Shown piece after piece: positions 11,766 to 26,500 of a stretch of 64,000 nt of DNA. The notes under the pieces were generated by a model, which saw only the letters and a list, made by a program, of their open reading frames with translations, did no database searches and was not told the DNA's origin. Position 1 is the stretch's first letter. The number at the start of each line of letters is the position of its first letter. The translations under genes were made by a program, and so were the position numbers. This DNA is from Trichosphaerium sp. ATCC 40318 (lineage: Eukaryota; Protista; Tubulinea): positions 62,001 through 126,000 of the forward strand of contig JALMLS010000373.1 in NCBI GenBank assembly GCA_038496445.1. Reading direction: 5' to 3'.

Positions 11766-14700
11766 TTATGATAATGTCGTTGCATTGTCACTACAGAAAA
11801 TAAAAAAGTGAGTAAACGACAGAAAGTAGGAGACACAAACAAGAAAAAAAACTTGATTGGAATATTGTAAGAAAAAAGTTGTGGTTTGGCGCGTACCTGT
11901 AAACAACAATTTGGTAGTCGGATAATACATTAGGTTCAAATGTACATGGTACAATATAATATTCACCAGCACCCAAAGAAACTTCGCCAGTAACTTCAAA
12001 AAAAATTTAGCAACAGAAAGAAAAAAAAAGAACAAAAAAAAAAAGAGAAACAAGCATACCAGATGTTGCCCTAGCCAAAGGTGTTTGTCCAACACATTTT
12101 CCAAGATCACTACCTTCTATACAAACAAATAAGGTAACCAATTAAAAAAAAATAATAACAGGCACGTGGTAGGAGAGAAAAGTGAAGAAAAAGAATCGTT
12201 AAAATAAAGAAGAAAAAAATGGCGTACGCTTTTCGTAAACAAAGGCACCAATTGGTGGCGCTTTTTGTGCTTCAGCAGAAGTGAACAAGCAAACAGTAAA
12301 GCTCGTTTGACCTGACAGACTGAGCGAATGTTTTGGATTATTTTTAAAGGTTGGATGGTTACGGCAGCCACCGGCTGTTTCTTTCGTCCATGCTCCTGAA
12401 ACACGAGAAGTTTCCCAATCTTGGCTTATTTCTGTCATTTTAACACCTAAAGAGTATCACGTGAGTAAAACCAAACGTAAAAATTAAATAAAAGCTACAG
12501 AGCGCCACAAACAAGTTGCAGCACACATGCAACAATCAAAAATAAATTGAAAGGCTCTAAAAAAAATTTACCATCTCCAGCAGCACCAATTGTAAAGGTG
12601 TTCGATTTGCCAGCATGATAAGCAGTAGCGATAACATTGTAGCTTCCAGCAGGAAGCTTAACACTAGCAGCGACTATATAACCAATGAGTAAAAAGTTTT
12701 TAGTAAACAATAGGTACCAGGAGAGGTATTGGTATACTGAGGTTGATGGACAACTTTACCGAGTTTCAAAGCTCGTCGTTTACTTGGTTCTCCTTCGACA
12801 ATGTATATACCAGCATGTAGAGGTGTACCGGCTTGTTCAAGAAGTACAGAAACCTGTAAAAGCATAAGAATACCTAGTTTTTAACGAAAAAAACCAAAAT
12901 GATCAGCCAAAGCTGGTTTGCGGTGTTTTCGGGGCCATTACGTACATTAGTTTGTTTGGATACATCTAAAATATACTGTGGGGCATCACGCCATCCACCA
13001 AAGTTAGGACAACCACTAGCTGAAGGACCACTCCATTCACCCTAAACACAAAAATCCTGTCAATATTTCATACAAACAACAAGCCCATTCCAATACAGTA
13101 CCTTAATCAAGTCTCCTTCATTTGGAGCTGCGCTCTCTAGTACTTCCAATGATACTTTTTCATGAGCGTACACACTAAAGATTAGTTAGTAAGCCAATTG
13201 GAAATAACTGAAAGACGTATAACTTAAAGAAAACTACAAAAAATGTAAACTTGTTTTCTGTTTACACATTTTGCTTGGTTATTGTAATGAGCACAAATAT
13301 ACAACATACCTCAAGAAAAATGATGATTCGAGTCCTTTTTCGAACATGCAAGGAACAACAACGATGCTAGAAGCATCACCAGTATCAAACTCAGCAGAGT
13401 CTAGCAATATCATTTAGCAAAAAAAAAACTTAAACGCTGTGAAGATTAAAAAATACTACTACATACTCTCGCGTCCAGGCACAAACATTGGTGAACTGAG
13501 GAGGTTCTTTTGGAGAGCAGTCATTGTTGGAACATTTTCCTCTAAATACAAACATCAGTCGATGCCACACAAACGAGACAAAGCAAACAACAACTCGAGA
13601 TAAGAAAAAAAACGGACCAGGGTCTTTTTTGAACACAAGGAATCCACAAGGTTTGTATGTTGGTTGTTGTCCGAGTTTCATACGAAGATCAGGTTGTTGC
13701 AAACTCAAGAAAACTTTTTGGTTTGGCTTAGAGAATGTGACCTTGAATTGTGGGTTCTAAGAGTCTGAGTAAGAATCTAACCCAGAAAATACAATCGTAC
13801 CTTATTCCAGGTAGGGTTGTTGATGCAACCACCTGCTGCAGGTCCCTTCCATTCTCCAGAAACATCAGCACGATGCCAAGCTTCACCAACAGTATCAGTC
13901 ATTAGCCTGTTATAAACAGTTAACAATCTATCAAAAAAAAGAAAAGTTATTTCAAAACGCACCTGACAGTGTACAATCTATTGAACTCTTTGCAAAAGTC
14001 CTTCCATTCCATGAAGAAAGTACCTAAATATTTAATTGTAAGTAATCAAAAGCCTTAAAAAGAAAACGAACCATCATCAGCATCAACATAGTTAAAGTGT
14101 TTCTAAAGAAAAAATACATTAGCAATTACCCTGTAGTTAGAGAAAAAACATACGCCAATCTCTGGGTGTTTTTGCCATTCCTTAGAACCGTCACTCCATC
14201 GTCCTTTCCATTCAAAACGACCCCATCTAAAGCCTTGTTAATACAAGCAAAACAAGAAAAATTAAGCACTTACGGATTACGAACACGGACAAGCTTCTTG
14301 CCTTGGAACTCTTCAACAAGCAAGATACCATAAGCGTGGTTCTACAAATAAGATTAACACCCTCCTTCACAAAATGTTAAACCGCTGTTAGAACATACCT
14401 GAAGGATACCAGAAGATGAAGCATCTTCAGCCTTATCAGTACCACCCTTACGAACAGAAGAGCAACCCATCAAAAAGCTTTGGTTCATATTATCAATGAG
14501 TTTATTCCACATTTCAGTGGATGCTTTAATGTCATGTCTAAAAAAAAGTATCAGCTATAATTCTTGTATCCTTTAATACGTACCCTGTCTCTGAAGCTTC
14601 TCCAGTAACATCTACTAGACCTTCTGTAGGGATACCAGACTCAATAGCTTCAAAACTACCGTGCAATTTTGCGTAAGCTTTCTCAATAAGAGGCACCCAC

Positions 14701-16826
14701 ATTTCGTTCACTAATAGGTTATTAACAAAGGATTATCCATCTTTAACGAAAACTATCATACAATCTTTGCATCTAGCGAATACTGGTTTGCCTTGAGCAT
14801 TACAAGGGATACGATCATCAATTGTGATAACACGCCACTTGTGCTCTTTGTAGAAGCGAAGCTGGTAGCTAAACAGGAAGGTCACTATGAGAGAACCAAG
14901 AAATCATAAAAAACCATGAACAAAAAAAAAATTACGCACAATCCTTGTTCAGGGTATCTACCAACAAACAAATTTTGAATCTGTTCATTACCACTAACAG
15001 CAAAAACTAAGAGGTACAAGGTGAGATTAACAATACATTATAAACTTATTTCAAAGACATACCTGACATAGCAGACAAGAACCAACAATCACCAAGAGCA
15101 CCTTGGCAAACATCACCTTCATCAATACCATCAACAAAAAGTTCAAAATCTGCCGAAATTTCAGAAGGACGAAGCCACTGAGTAATCTTGGAAGCACCTG
15201 AAATATAACGTTAATAAAAACACAAAAGAGAGCTCTAAATCTGGCTCATAGTAAAAACGAAACGCGTACGAGATGGTTTCGATGGGAATACATCTTTTGC
15301 CCTTTAAATAACAGTTAAGGCTAAGAAACAAGAAAATAAAGCGTACTCAGTGCCAAAATCAGGATCTACCCATTTGCCACTACCTACTTCACTCTTGATA
15401 GCTTTAGCAATCTTTTCTGCCTATTTTTAACGTTAGTACAGAAGGATGAGATGCAATTTCGTGTCACCTCTTTGCGAACTTCTACAAACTGTTTGCCTGT
15501 ATCCATCTTTATAGTACGACGTGTATTCTTCTTCATGGCATCCTTGTGGGCAGCAAAATATGCTTTTCGCTCCTTTTCTCTTTCCTTACGCGTTTCTATG
15601 GAATATAAGCCACCAATGCGCATCTGTATAGCTAATACCTTTCTCAATGGCCTCTCTGTCGTTCTTGAGTTCCACCATAAGTGCAACAAGACCTTCAAAG
15701 GTCAATCCATCGTTACCATCAGAATGTCTCTTCATGAAAGTTTTTACCTATTATTACGCGTTTAGGCATCTCTAACAATACAATAATCGACTCATACGTA
15801 CCTCAGGTACTGACACTTTAATATCCATAGCTCTGAGAACATCTTGAAGCTCAGCAGGATCTTAACAAATCATCAGAAAACTGGGTAAACAAAGATTGTT
15901 GCGTGTAAGAAAAGAAAAGTATATCTCTACGCTGTACCTAGCAATTGGGAGTTATCTTGATCATTTTTAGTGAACTGGTGTTCCAACTCGTTGACGTGAA
16001 GCATAAGTGACATAAACTCATCAAACGTAAAGCCACCACTGTCATCTAAACGCGCCAGTGTTAAAAAACATGTTTACTTTTCATTAAACCCATACCATCA
16101 TCGAAAAATTCTACCAAACTGCTAATAACAGCAGGGGGATAACTATTGAGGCATTATTAGCAAATAAAGCGCGTTTTTTGAAAATAGTACCGTTGATCGA
16201 ATGACTTCATGATAGCAGATAGTTCACGCCTACACAAGTAAGAAAAAGGAAAGTAACAACACTAAAGCACTTTTTTAGTATCGGCGCTTTTTTGGTATTA
16301 GTGACAAAAGGCCTGTTAAATACTCACTTGTCTATTGTTCCGGAGTTGTCTGCGTCATGAGCAAGGAAAGCTCTACGCATTTGCAAAAAGAACATCATTA
16401 GTTCTCCAAACTCCTTTTCCTTCAAAGCGCCACCATCACCATGCTTGTTCATTAGGTATTCTCTGTTTGCTTTTTCGAGCTTCACACCTTTTTTACATTA
16501 AACAGTGGTTGCATGCAACTAATACGTTACCCCATGTCTTTGCGGCTTTTCCAAGCTCTTTGACGGTTATAGTACCGCTGTTGTCGCTATCGAACTTTTT
16601 GAATAACTTCGCGATTAATGCATCTATGGTGTATTAGAATGATTTTTAACGCGTATGTACCCTTATCAGTCGAATCTTTAATTTCGGCGAGTTTTTTATT
16701 ACGTCTTGCTCTCTTTCTTTGTTCATGCGCCTCACGCTCAGCTTTAGCTAAGATACAAGTTAGTTAGGTGCCATTACTCTTTTCAACACGACATTTGGAC
16801 AAAAAACCATCTAACGTACGGTCCAT
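11766..16826 (-). CDS. Calpain-family cysteine protease: N-terminal EF-hands, CysPc, three domain-III (C2L/CBSW) modules
   Basis: Catalytic motifs QGALGDCWFLSAM, HAYGIL, VRNP/WGRFEWKGRWSD; also WVPLIEKAYAKLHGSFEAI. Three GxW...AGGC/SGC...PQ/PK modules. EF loops DSDNSGTITVKE and DADNSGTIDKRE. Confidence 0.92.
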
Positions 16827-17156
16827 GTTCTATGTGTTAACTAGAGTACTCGGTAAACACTAACACGAAATAGTTTGACGGTCAATAGTGATGTCGTTAT
16901 AACTTCCTTAAATACGCAAAACCGTCCTACTCCTTATATAGCGTCAACTTTACTAGTAGGGCCGTTGTTTACTAGATCTTTTCTTTCGCTGGTGATTGCG
17001 AGCGTTAAAACAACACGGTTTTAATTATTTCAAATATTACCACTCTGAGGTATTACTAAGATAAAATGCGAACAGACTACAGCCTCAGAATTGAAACTAA
17101 AAAACCAATCTGTCAAAAAAATCCAGTACGCTTTATTTACTCTACAAATACCAGAA

Positions 17157-18561
17157 CTATGAAGTTGTAGTATGCTCGCGCATCTTCTTGCGAAGGATAA
17201 CATCTACAAGCCCTAAAAAAGGCATTAGTGCGATAATACGATTTGATTTGGAAGTTTTTCTTAAAACCGCGTAAAAAAACGACTAACCTGGTAAAAACAC
17301 TCTGACAGCAGTTGCTACTGCTGTTTTAGCATGTGTGTGTACTTCTCCGGCACCAGTAACTAACCCATGAATCGATAGAGCTGCGCATTTCTAGAAATTA
17401 CTTGTGTTTAGTTATGTGCTTTTATACCTTTCAAGAAACGACAAGAGTAAATATACCTCAGCGCTCATTGCTTTTTTCATGTTGGAAGGTGTTTCTGATT
17501 TTTTTCCGTCCGCGCCAAGCCTTGTCCTGTTGAGATCCGTCCTTACCTACAAGACATTTGTGAAACTGAAAGAATTTTTTTTTGGCAATTATGTTGACGT
17601 ACAGTAGCAGGACAAACCAGAGTAATACCAACAGAATCAGATACTTCATGTCTAAGAGACTCAAAGTATCCATGAAGTGCGAATTTTGAAGCAGCATATC
17701 CCGATCTTGGTTGAAACTATGGTTAGCAAAAAGTTTTTGTTTTTCAGATCCAAATAATTCGAAATAGTACCTTGCTGGTAATCCGACTTTACCTACATGG
17801 AGTAAATAATACATCCTCTTGAGGTTATGATAAAAGAGCGTTGTGTGATAACATACCCATGAAAGAGGACATTACTAGAATCTTTCCTTTTGATGAAATC
17901 AAATGTTTTAGAGCATGATGTGTCACGTGTATTGTCCCAAAAAAGTTAACATTCATGAGACGATGGTAAATATCCATGCTTGTGATATCGCTTACATTGG
18001 CGTGCATGCTATTAAAAGTGAGATTCGAACAAGAAGACAAAACAGTTTCCTAACCTCATACCAGCACATAGTGCCAAACAATCAATTCTTCCAAATTTTT
18101 CTATGGCTGTTTCTACGAGGTTTCTAAGACAGTCAAATAACGTTATGGTTGTTTCAGGTGCTTCTATTCACACTTACATGCACTGAGATTCATCTACTAC
18201 GTCAACACCAACAGCTATGGCACTACTACCTAGAGCTTCGCATTCTTCAACAACACTCTTTAGTAACTCTGTACGCCGCGCTGATATTACGATTCTAAGC
18301 GTGTTGGAACGTTTTTGGGCTTATTTGACATACTTTGTGCTGTATTTCGCAAATTCAAGAGCTAAAGCTTTCCCAATACCACTCGACGCGCCAGTAATGA
18401 CTACAACCTTGCCTAAGCTGTGTTTGGTTCTGATCATTGGAAATGTTGACTGTCGTTCCCATACCCTTCAAATCCCAGTACTTTGGTCTGCTACATATTA
18501 TGTAGATAATATAGATAAGTACAACAGGTACTATGTAAGTAGTTACGAGATAAAATAGCAT
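17157..18561 (-). CDS. Membrane-anchored short-chain dehydrogenase/reductase (DHRS7/11beta-HSD-like)
   Basis: N-terminal hydrophobic anchor, GKVVVITGASSGIG, MNVNFFG, catalytic YAASKFALHGYFESL. Confidence 0.9.
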
Positions 18562-18697
18562 CTCCTTCAATGTGATGCTTGCACGCGTTACTAGGTACTC
18601 GTTGTTGACACTATTCAGATCACTTAACTAAATAAGCCAGTTCTTGGTTATTCGACCGTACATGACAGCTTGAATATTCGCGAGGCATACACTGAAT

Positions 18698-21542
18698 ATG
18701 ACAAGTACAAAATGGCTGCGATTTGTAGGGTTTTGGATGCTGGTGTTATTAATGCCACTGATACACGCAGATGATACTCCTGAGGAAGTAGAAGTCCGTA
18801 AGGAATCGCGTGAGAGCTATTTTATGTACATTATACTGGGTTTGCTCATGTTGACTTACATATTCGGTACACAACCGCCTTTAGCTATTTTTTACGCTAA
18901 AACATCACTAAGGGTATATTTTGGATCATATTGGCTTTAAATACCTTCATGAGTCTGCGATTGCTGTTATCTTGGGCGTTATCACAGGCGCATTCATACA
19001 CTTTAGAAGTAGAATGACTGGGGCAACGTATGTCTTTTTTTTTACTGAAAGTTACCACGCTGACACCATCTTAACGTTATTATGTAGCTATACGCCGCTG
19101 GAGCACGCAGGAGGCCTAAATCAGTTTGTTCTGTTCAACCAAGAGTTTTTCTTTCTAGTACTCTTGCCACCTATTATATTCAAAGCTGGTTACTCAATGA
19201 AGCGTGTACGATTTTTCGAAAAAAGCCTGGTAAGTTATTACCTTCTTACCCGATTTAGAATTATTTTTTCTACAACTTTATAAGCATCGTTTTATTCGCT
19301 TTTGTTGGTACTTTTATATCAACATTTGCTATTGGTGGTGCCATGTTTCAATTATCAAAGGCTGGTGCAACTGTATACCAGTACAATTTCCTAGATTGCA
19401 TGATATTTGGTGCGTGTCAAAATGTCTTGACATTTTTCTTCTTTTGTTTTGCGTTAGCAAAAAAACAACTTTCCAGTCGTTTGCTTCCACTTTTCTTTGA
19501 GCTTCTTAACTTAAATACTCATATCTAAACCATGATTATAAATGTCACGAGTTGCGATATCAGAGTAAAATGTGTGAACACGTGAATAATTAGGGAGTAA
19601 AAAAGAAGAGGAATTTTTTTTTTAAGCTGAGTTGGGCAGTTTGATACTCATATAATTTTTAAGGTGCTCTTATTTCTGCGACCGATCCAGTTACTGTACT
19701 ATCTGTATTCGAAGAAGTTCGTGTGTCAGAGCATTTAGAGTATAACGTATTAGGTGAGAGTGTACTTAATGATGGTGTTGCTATTGTGTTATATCAGTGC
19801 GGTTTTTCTCGTTGGTTATTTCTTTCGCTAATAAGCTTGTTCCTGTTAGAGCAATTTCTCAGTTTAATGTCCACGCATTTTCCTATAAAAGACTTGGTGC
19901 CTCTTTTGGTCAGTTCATCTTGATATTCGCGGGTTCAGCCACAATTGGATCAGCTGTTGCACTTTTAGCTGCTTTGGTAAAACAAATAATCTTCATATTA
20001 TTGATTTGTTGTCTGATCATTCTTCTTAGTTGTTTAAACACGCAAAATTATATCAACACCACACAACAGAAAGCGCACTTATAGTTGCCTACGCTTATTG
20101 CAGTTACCTCATAGCTGAGGTACGTGAAGTTTCTTTTTTGCAAATGGGCACGTGTTGTTTAATTTAACCTTTTTCAAAAGGGTCTTGAATTCTCTGGTAT
20201 TGTAGCAATTTTATTCTGTGGTATTGCAATGGAATACGCTATTGAGAATCTATCGCCGTAAGAAAACTTTAAACACGTGATAGCAATGCTAAGTTTTAAA
20301 AAAGGAAATCTGTTGAAGCAACAAATAGTTTGTTTTCTATTTTGTCCAACATTGCTGAACGGTTAGTGTTTGTATTTTTGGGCCTAGCACTATTTAGTTA
20401 CACAGAACACTATGACTGGAAGTAAGTAATATAGTGATACAACACGTGAACAACCATAAAAACGCTTGAAAACGCCGTCTTTCTTATTCTTAATCTTTTG
20501 TTGTTTAGGTTTATACTCTTGAGTATTGTTGTTATTTTTGTAGCTAGAGCTATAAATATATTTCCAATAGCATTCTTGAGTAATCAATTCCGTCAAAAGA
20601 AACAAGCTATAAAGTTTAAGGAACAAATTATGATATGGTTCAGCGGTACGTCCAATATCTTCGTTTTTCCTGTTTTTTTCTTTAGTTTCTTTTTTATGGC
20701 AAGCGTCTCGACTTACAGCGTTTTTTTCTTTTGTTAGGTCTTCGTGGTGCTATTGCATTTGCTCTTGCTTTAAATATACCTGGAGAAAACGAAAAGAGAT
20801 TATTCACTAGTACACTTATGGTTGTTTTCTTTACAGTTGCTGTACTTGGAGGTTTGACTCTAAATATGATACGATGGTTGAAGATAGATAACAAAGGTAC
20901 GCCTCGCCAGTGCCTCCAAGTACCCGCCTTATAATTTGGTTGTACTTTCTTAAATCAAATCGTGATTTGATACGAGTGGGATACCAGTTATTCCTGACAC
21001 TGAGTTTGTTTAATGGTTTTTTTTGTTTATTGTTTTTTTCTTCTCTAGGACCTGTTGAAGTTGCGAGGATAAGAGATTCTCCACAAGAAGCTGATGATGA
21101 TGAATTAAAGTTTCCACAGTGGATGCGTAGACTCAATGCAAGGTTAGATACAAGTTTTCTGTGGACTTTAGGAGTTTATTAAAACAAAATTAGAATGAGA
21201 GTCATCTTTGTTCATGAGAGATTCCGTAATGTTCAGGAAGAAGATAGTGATGATGGTGATAATAATATTGAAATGGATTCATTCCTACAAATTAAAAAGG
21301 TTGGAACAGATGCTGAGGATGATATAGACTTGGATGACTTGATTATTGATGACGAAGATGATGATAACAAGGAAGAAAGTATGTTGTTTTTTGCCCATGT
21401 TTGAACCTGCTTGGTTTGTATGGATTTTTGGCTTGATTGTTAAGATTTTGTATTAGGTATAATTCCACGTAACAATGATGACTTTGAAGTACGCATTAGT
21501 GAGGAAGGAACTAGAAGTGATGCATCTGAAACATCACAATAA
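18698..21542 (+). CDS. Na+/H+ exchanger, CPA1 family (NHE8/NHX-like)
   Basis: [68 protein letters not shown]; acidic tail. Confidence 0.93.
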
Positions 21543-21907
21543 TTTAATACAAAAAAAAACCATCAAAATGTACAAAATTATAATAAAGATTCTGCTTTAT
21601 ACCAAGTCTCTAGTAACTTTAGAGACATTCATTATCTCTGTACACATCATATGTATGAATCTAAAAAAAGAGCTGTGGCAATGTGTTACTAAACCAGTTT
21701 TAAACGGGTGCGTGACACTATATCAAAAAAATGTGATGTGCATGTTAAGTGAATCATAAACCTTATCACTACCTGTATTTACCTCCACCGTTCATGGTTC
21801 CAATAAACAAGTTAACTCTTTTACTAGACTTGTTTGCTATCCTTACACTAATGCTGACCTTTGCACGTGGTTGAGAAAACTGTCTTTATTAATAACAGAA
21901 AGGCTTT

Positions 21908-22931
21908 CTATTTTTTCAATGGTAACTTTACACCAACACTCTCAAGGTAGGCAACAATCTTTTTATGCTGTTCTGGGTAGTTATCTCTTATCCAATCAAG
22001 GTCCATTGCACTTATATTCTCAGAAGACACTTCCTTACCAGCGATTCTTGCTTCAACTGCTTTCCAAACCTACAAGGTTCTATGTTAATAGTGACATAGC
22101 TTTCAGTCACGCGTACTAATTCAGGGACTGGGCGATCTAAAGCACCACCCAGATTCATTTCAGCAGGTACTATAATCCACTTGTACAAGAACTTCCCTTG
22201 TTTATCGACCTGAAACAACATTTTAGAAATGTCGGCGAAAAATAGCAAAAAAACTCAAAGTCGGCATAAAATTGTGTCGTTTGGAAATAATCACGTGTCA
22301 ACCATTTAACACATTGTAAAGATTACATGGAGCAGTTTTGAGTTTATCTCAGTGCGTAGTAGTAGAGTACTTTGAGAAAACACTTCAAAAAAAAAAAAGC
22401 AACAAAGAAATGAACGTACAACAAAGAGAGCAGGTTGTGCCATTTCATAGCCTTTGAATTGCGTGAGGTTAACCCCAAGTTCTACGTTATTGTTTAGTGA
22501 GTTTAATTGCTTACTTGATAACTCATTACCTTTGGCAAGTTCATTCGAAGGGCGCCAAAAACGTCGAAATTCAAACCAAGTTTACTTTTTAACTTTGTTG
22601 CAGCCTCTTGATCTTGGGCTGTTACAGCGAACAATTCACCTCCTAGGGACCAACATAAGACTTCTTTTAACGCAATGATAGCTATAAAGTACCTTTAGCC
22701 TTAAGCTGAGGATAGAAATTCTTGTTCAAGTCGCCCAAGTACCTAGAAGTTGAGTAAGAAAACTAAGAACAAACGCCTAAAACATACACTCTACAGAATG
22801 GGCACCTAAGTGAGAGTAAGTATACGTTGCTTGAGAAGGTTTGAGTACCAATCGCCTCTGTAGAATACAATAGCTGTTAAATCGCGTGAAGCGATTTGTT
22901 CTTTATACCAGTTAACTGTTGCGGATGTCAT
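21908..22931 (-). CDS. Peroxiredoxin-like AhpC/TSA family (thioredoxin fold) protein
   Basis: Spliced VFYRGDW/CPFC (CxxC), then MAQPALF and VDKQGKFLYKW. An apparent 1-nt deletion near 22551 breaks FG(D)PSNELAK. Confidence 0.8.
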
Positions 22932-23530
22932 TTGTTGCTTTTATGTTTGTCTGTTTGAAATAATAAAATCTAAGCATGAATAAAATTGATAAAATACTGG
23001 TTTTTACGAGGTTTGTCCGCGTTTGTCCGCCGTAGATATCAATCTATCAAGTGTTTTTACTGTGCGTAAAAGCAAATGAGGCTATAAAAGTGTAAAAGGC
23101 GGAGGCATTTAGCGTCAAAAGTTGACAGTTTTCCACGTGATGACGAAATAATATGACGCAATAAAATTCTGTTCCAGGAACTGTTTGTTTGTGATTTATC
23201 CTTTTTCAGCGTTTTAATACAAGAGTATTACTTGAACTTTGGGCTGGAGAGTCTTTTGAAGAGATAGCTGCTTTTATTGTACGTTGTTGATGAAGAGACG
23301 TTAGTATACCATATAAGGGCCCGCATAGGGTCACGAGCTTGTAAATAAAATTCATGACCAAGCATACCCTGTACCATTGTTTATCCGTTTTTTAAGTCAG
23401 TATGCAAAGCTCAACTTACGATGAAAAGAACAGAAAACAACGTGATGTGGTAGCAATACATTTTTTTTATTATTTGTTTTTTTGTTCCTTTGTGGAGTGT
23501 TACAAATTGGGTTTTATTGTTGGTGATTAA

Positions 23531-26500
23531 TCAAAACGCAATACCTAACAAATTGTATAAGATAGATGGACTGTTGAGTATAATAAATAACGCGGTACCT
23601 GTTTTCATGAGTAGATTAGACATGAAAATATTACTCAAAACTTCACTCAAGTCTTGGTCTGATGCAACTTCTGTTATGAATGGATGCTTAGAAAAAGTTA
23701 ATATTTCCGTTCACCATATTTTAACATAATGAGGAAATCCAAAGCCGGTAATAACGTACTTGAAGTAACTCAGTTGCAGTTGGTCTTTTAAGTGGATCTT
23801 GTTCAAAGCATTTATACAAAAATCCTTTAAGCCGGGAAGAAGCTTTCTTAGGTATTGCATGATGAAGACCTGCTGTACATGCCTTGTAAAGACAATGTAT
23901 ACTTGAAAAAGCATGTGGTGGTCCATGTAATATCATCTAATTTTAAAAAAAACCATCAGGGTACTGCGATCAAGAAAAAGAAAATCAACTTAAGCAACTT
24001 TAATTTAAGTCACTAAAGATGTTTCGAATGAAGTCGTTCTTTTACCTCTAGAATGGAAACTGCAAAACTCCATATATCTACAGCATAATCATGTGGTTCT
24101 AGTTTAACCATTTCTGGTGGCATCCAGAAAGGAGAGCCTAAACAGTCTACACGTTTTCCTGTTGAAAAATCTGCACAAAATCCGAAGTCTACAAGTTTAA
24201 CATGACCGTCCAAAGATAACATAATATTTGATGATTTCAAGTCACGGTGTGCATAATTAAGACTATGGAGGTATTCCAATGCTCCTAGAATTTCTTTTGC
24301 CATAAATCTAAGAAAGAACAAGGATAAGTATTTTTTGTAAAAAAATGACAGAAAAGAAAAAAAAACAGCTTGGCGAGACACTGTAGGTGAAGATCAATCT
24401 TCAGTAACACAAAAATTGTTCATCTGATAGTTAGTTATACTCAACAGTTCTTTGGAGGTATTTTTCGTTTATGACGATAAGGTGAAGGAAGAAAAATAAA
24501 GCAAAGATCGTACCCAACATGACCTTCATTAAAGTTATGATACTTTGCAGCATGAGACAGTGTTCCTCCCTGTTTTATTCAAAATAAGCGTGTCGCAGAA
24601 TAAAGCATAGGTGTAAAAATGGTTACCTCTATAAACTCCATAACAATCCATAATTCTCGCTTTTCTTTAACATCCCAAGCACCAACAAATTTTACAATAT
24701 TAGGATGATCAAGTTTAGATAATACAGCCATCTCTGAAATATTTCTTTGTTTCTCTTCATCTGTCACGTGTGGTGCACGTTTTATAGCCAGACGCTTTTT
24801 ATTTGATATTTCTGAACCAGCAAACACGCGACCAAACCCACTAGGAACAACAGAGTAAGTACAAGAGAAAGAACTTAAGTGGGAGTAAAAACTTAAGATG
24901 ACAAAAAAAAAAGAGAAGTTTGTACCCTTCTCCGCTCTTCTCTGCCATTTTATAGATGTTCTTCATCTTCTTCTGAGGTGTCTTTATAAGCGCCTTACCA
25001 CTATCAAATAGGCTATTAAGGTGATACTTTTTCCTATCCTTAGAAATAGGTTGTTCTCCTGGACTCAAGTATTTTTTCTTGTGTAAAGCATTGACAACTT
25101 TAAGAAGAACAGAAAAGTTTTCTTCGTTTGTAAAGTCTTCATCTTGTAGCTTAGCTTTTGCAAGCTTCTTTTGTATATCACTAGATAAATCCTTTGTTGT
25201 TGTTATTACTTCTGCCTGTCTTGATATATTATCCTTCTTTTGCTTCTTTGAACTCTTTGCTTCTTGTTTTATTAACTTCGTTTCTGCTTTTCCTTTAACA
25301 AGTGGTGGAACAGCACGTCTAACTGGTGCACTTGTTGATTTATTCAGAGCTGGTTTTTTTGTTAATATTTTTGAAGAGTTAGGAGGTTCTTCATCAGACA
25401 AGGATGCGAAAACTTCCGTAAACTGAAAAAAAGTTAAAACAATTAGGAGAAGTTCAAAAAAAAAGCAACAAAACACGCTCTTGTGCTTACCTCTGTTTGA
25501 TCACTATGTAACATGAGATCTGGTACGTTAATTTCTTCATTGGCTTTCTTGTACTCTTGATACCCTCTTGATTTTGTGAATCTAAAAGACGATCAATAAG
25601 CGCTTCATATTGTTATAAATTATCCTAAACATAAAACAACTATCAAACTTCATGCAACAGTGCTCAAATTATCACGTGATTATGTACTTTGGATAAAAAT
25701 CATTCTTGAGCTGATTTAAAACATCTTTTTGGGCGGCATCAAACAAGAACGGATTTGCAAATGACTTCTCAATCATGGACTCAATTCCTAACAGAAAAAA
25801 AATTAAAACAAGAAATTGTAAGTATCTATTTATGGTAACCACATAAATTAATCCCACGTTGTCACGTGCCTTTTTTTAATTCTTTCCTAATATTGACAAC
25901 TGTTTTAGCTTTTTTAGATAACATAAGATTATAAATCTTTTGTGCTAGAGCAAGCTTTGAATCATCATTGCTTTGTTTGTATATTTCAACGTAAAGATAA
26001 AAAGCCAAATAGTGTTGCTTTCCTCTTCGGTTTAAGAAACATTTAAAAAAGTAAAGGAACAATGAGTTTCCAAGACAGCTAGTAAAAGGATCTTTACTCT
26101 TATCTTCGTCTTGTCGGGCACGATGGTCTTTGATGTACATAGCCTAAAATAAAAAAAGCACGTGTTAAAATTACTTCTATAAAATATCACTGTAGGCGAC
26201 ATCGCACCACACCACACGCACCATGTCAGTGTCTGGATCTAACAAAATGTCTATTTTACCTTCTCCATCGGTATTTGAAAATACTGCCCTCTTTTCAGCC
26301 GGAATTGGACCAACATGCGGTCTGCTAGGCCTACAATAAAGTTACACAAACAAATAAAAAAAAAAAGGATAAAAACACTAAACGGCGTAAAAAATGACGT
26401 ACACATCAGAAACATTCTTTAAAGGCATAGGTGGTTCAAGAGGAATATCATTACTCTTATCTCGTCCATCTACAGCTACAAAAAAACCCCATCATTACCA

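Noticed and set aside
22545-22560. Apparent frameshift in the AhpC/TSA gene, as a possible programmed frameshift or pseudogene
   Set aside because: A single missing base restores FGDPSNELAK, there is no slippery site, and a similar 1-nt loss occurs in a poly-T run of CENP-X (~56986). Assembly indel error is the simpler explanation.
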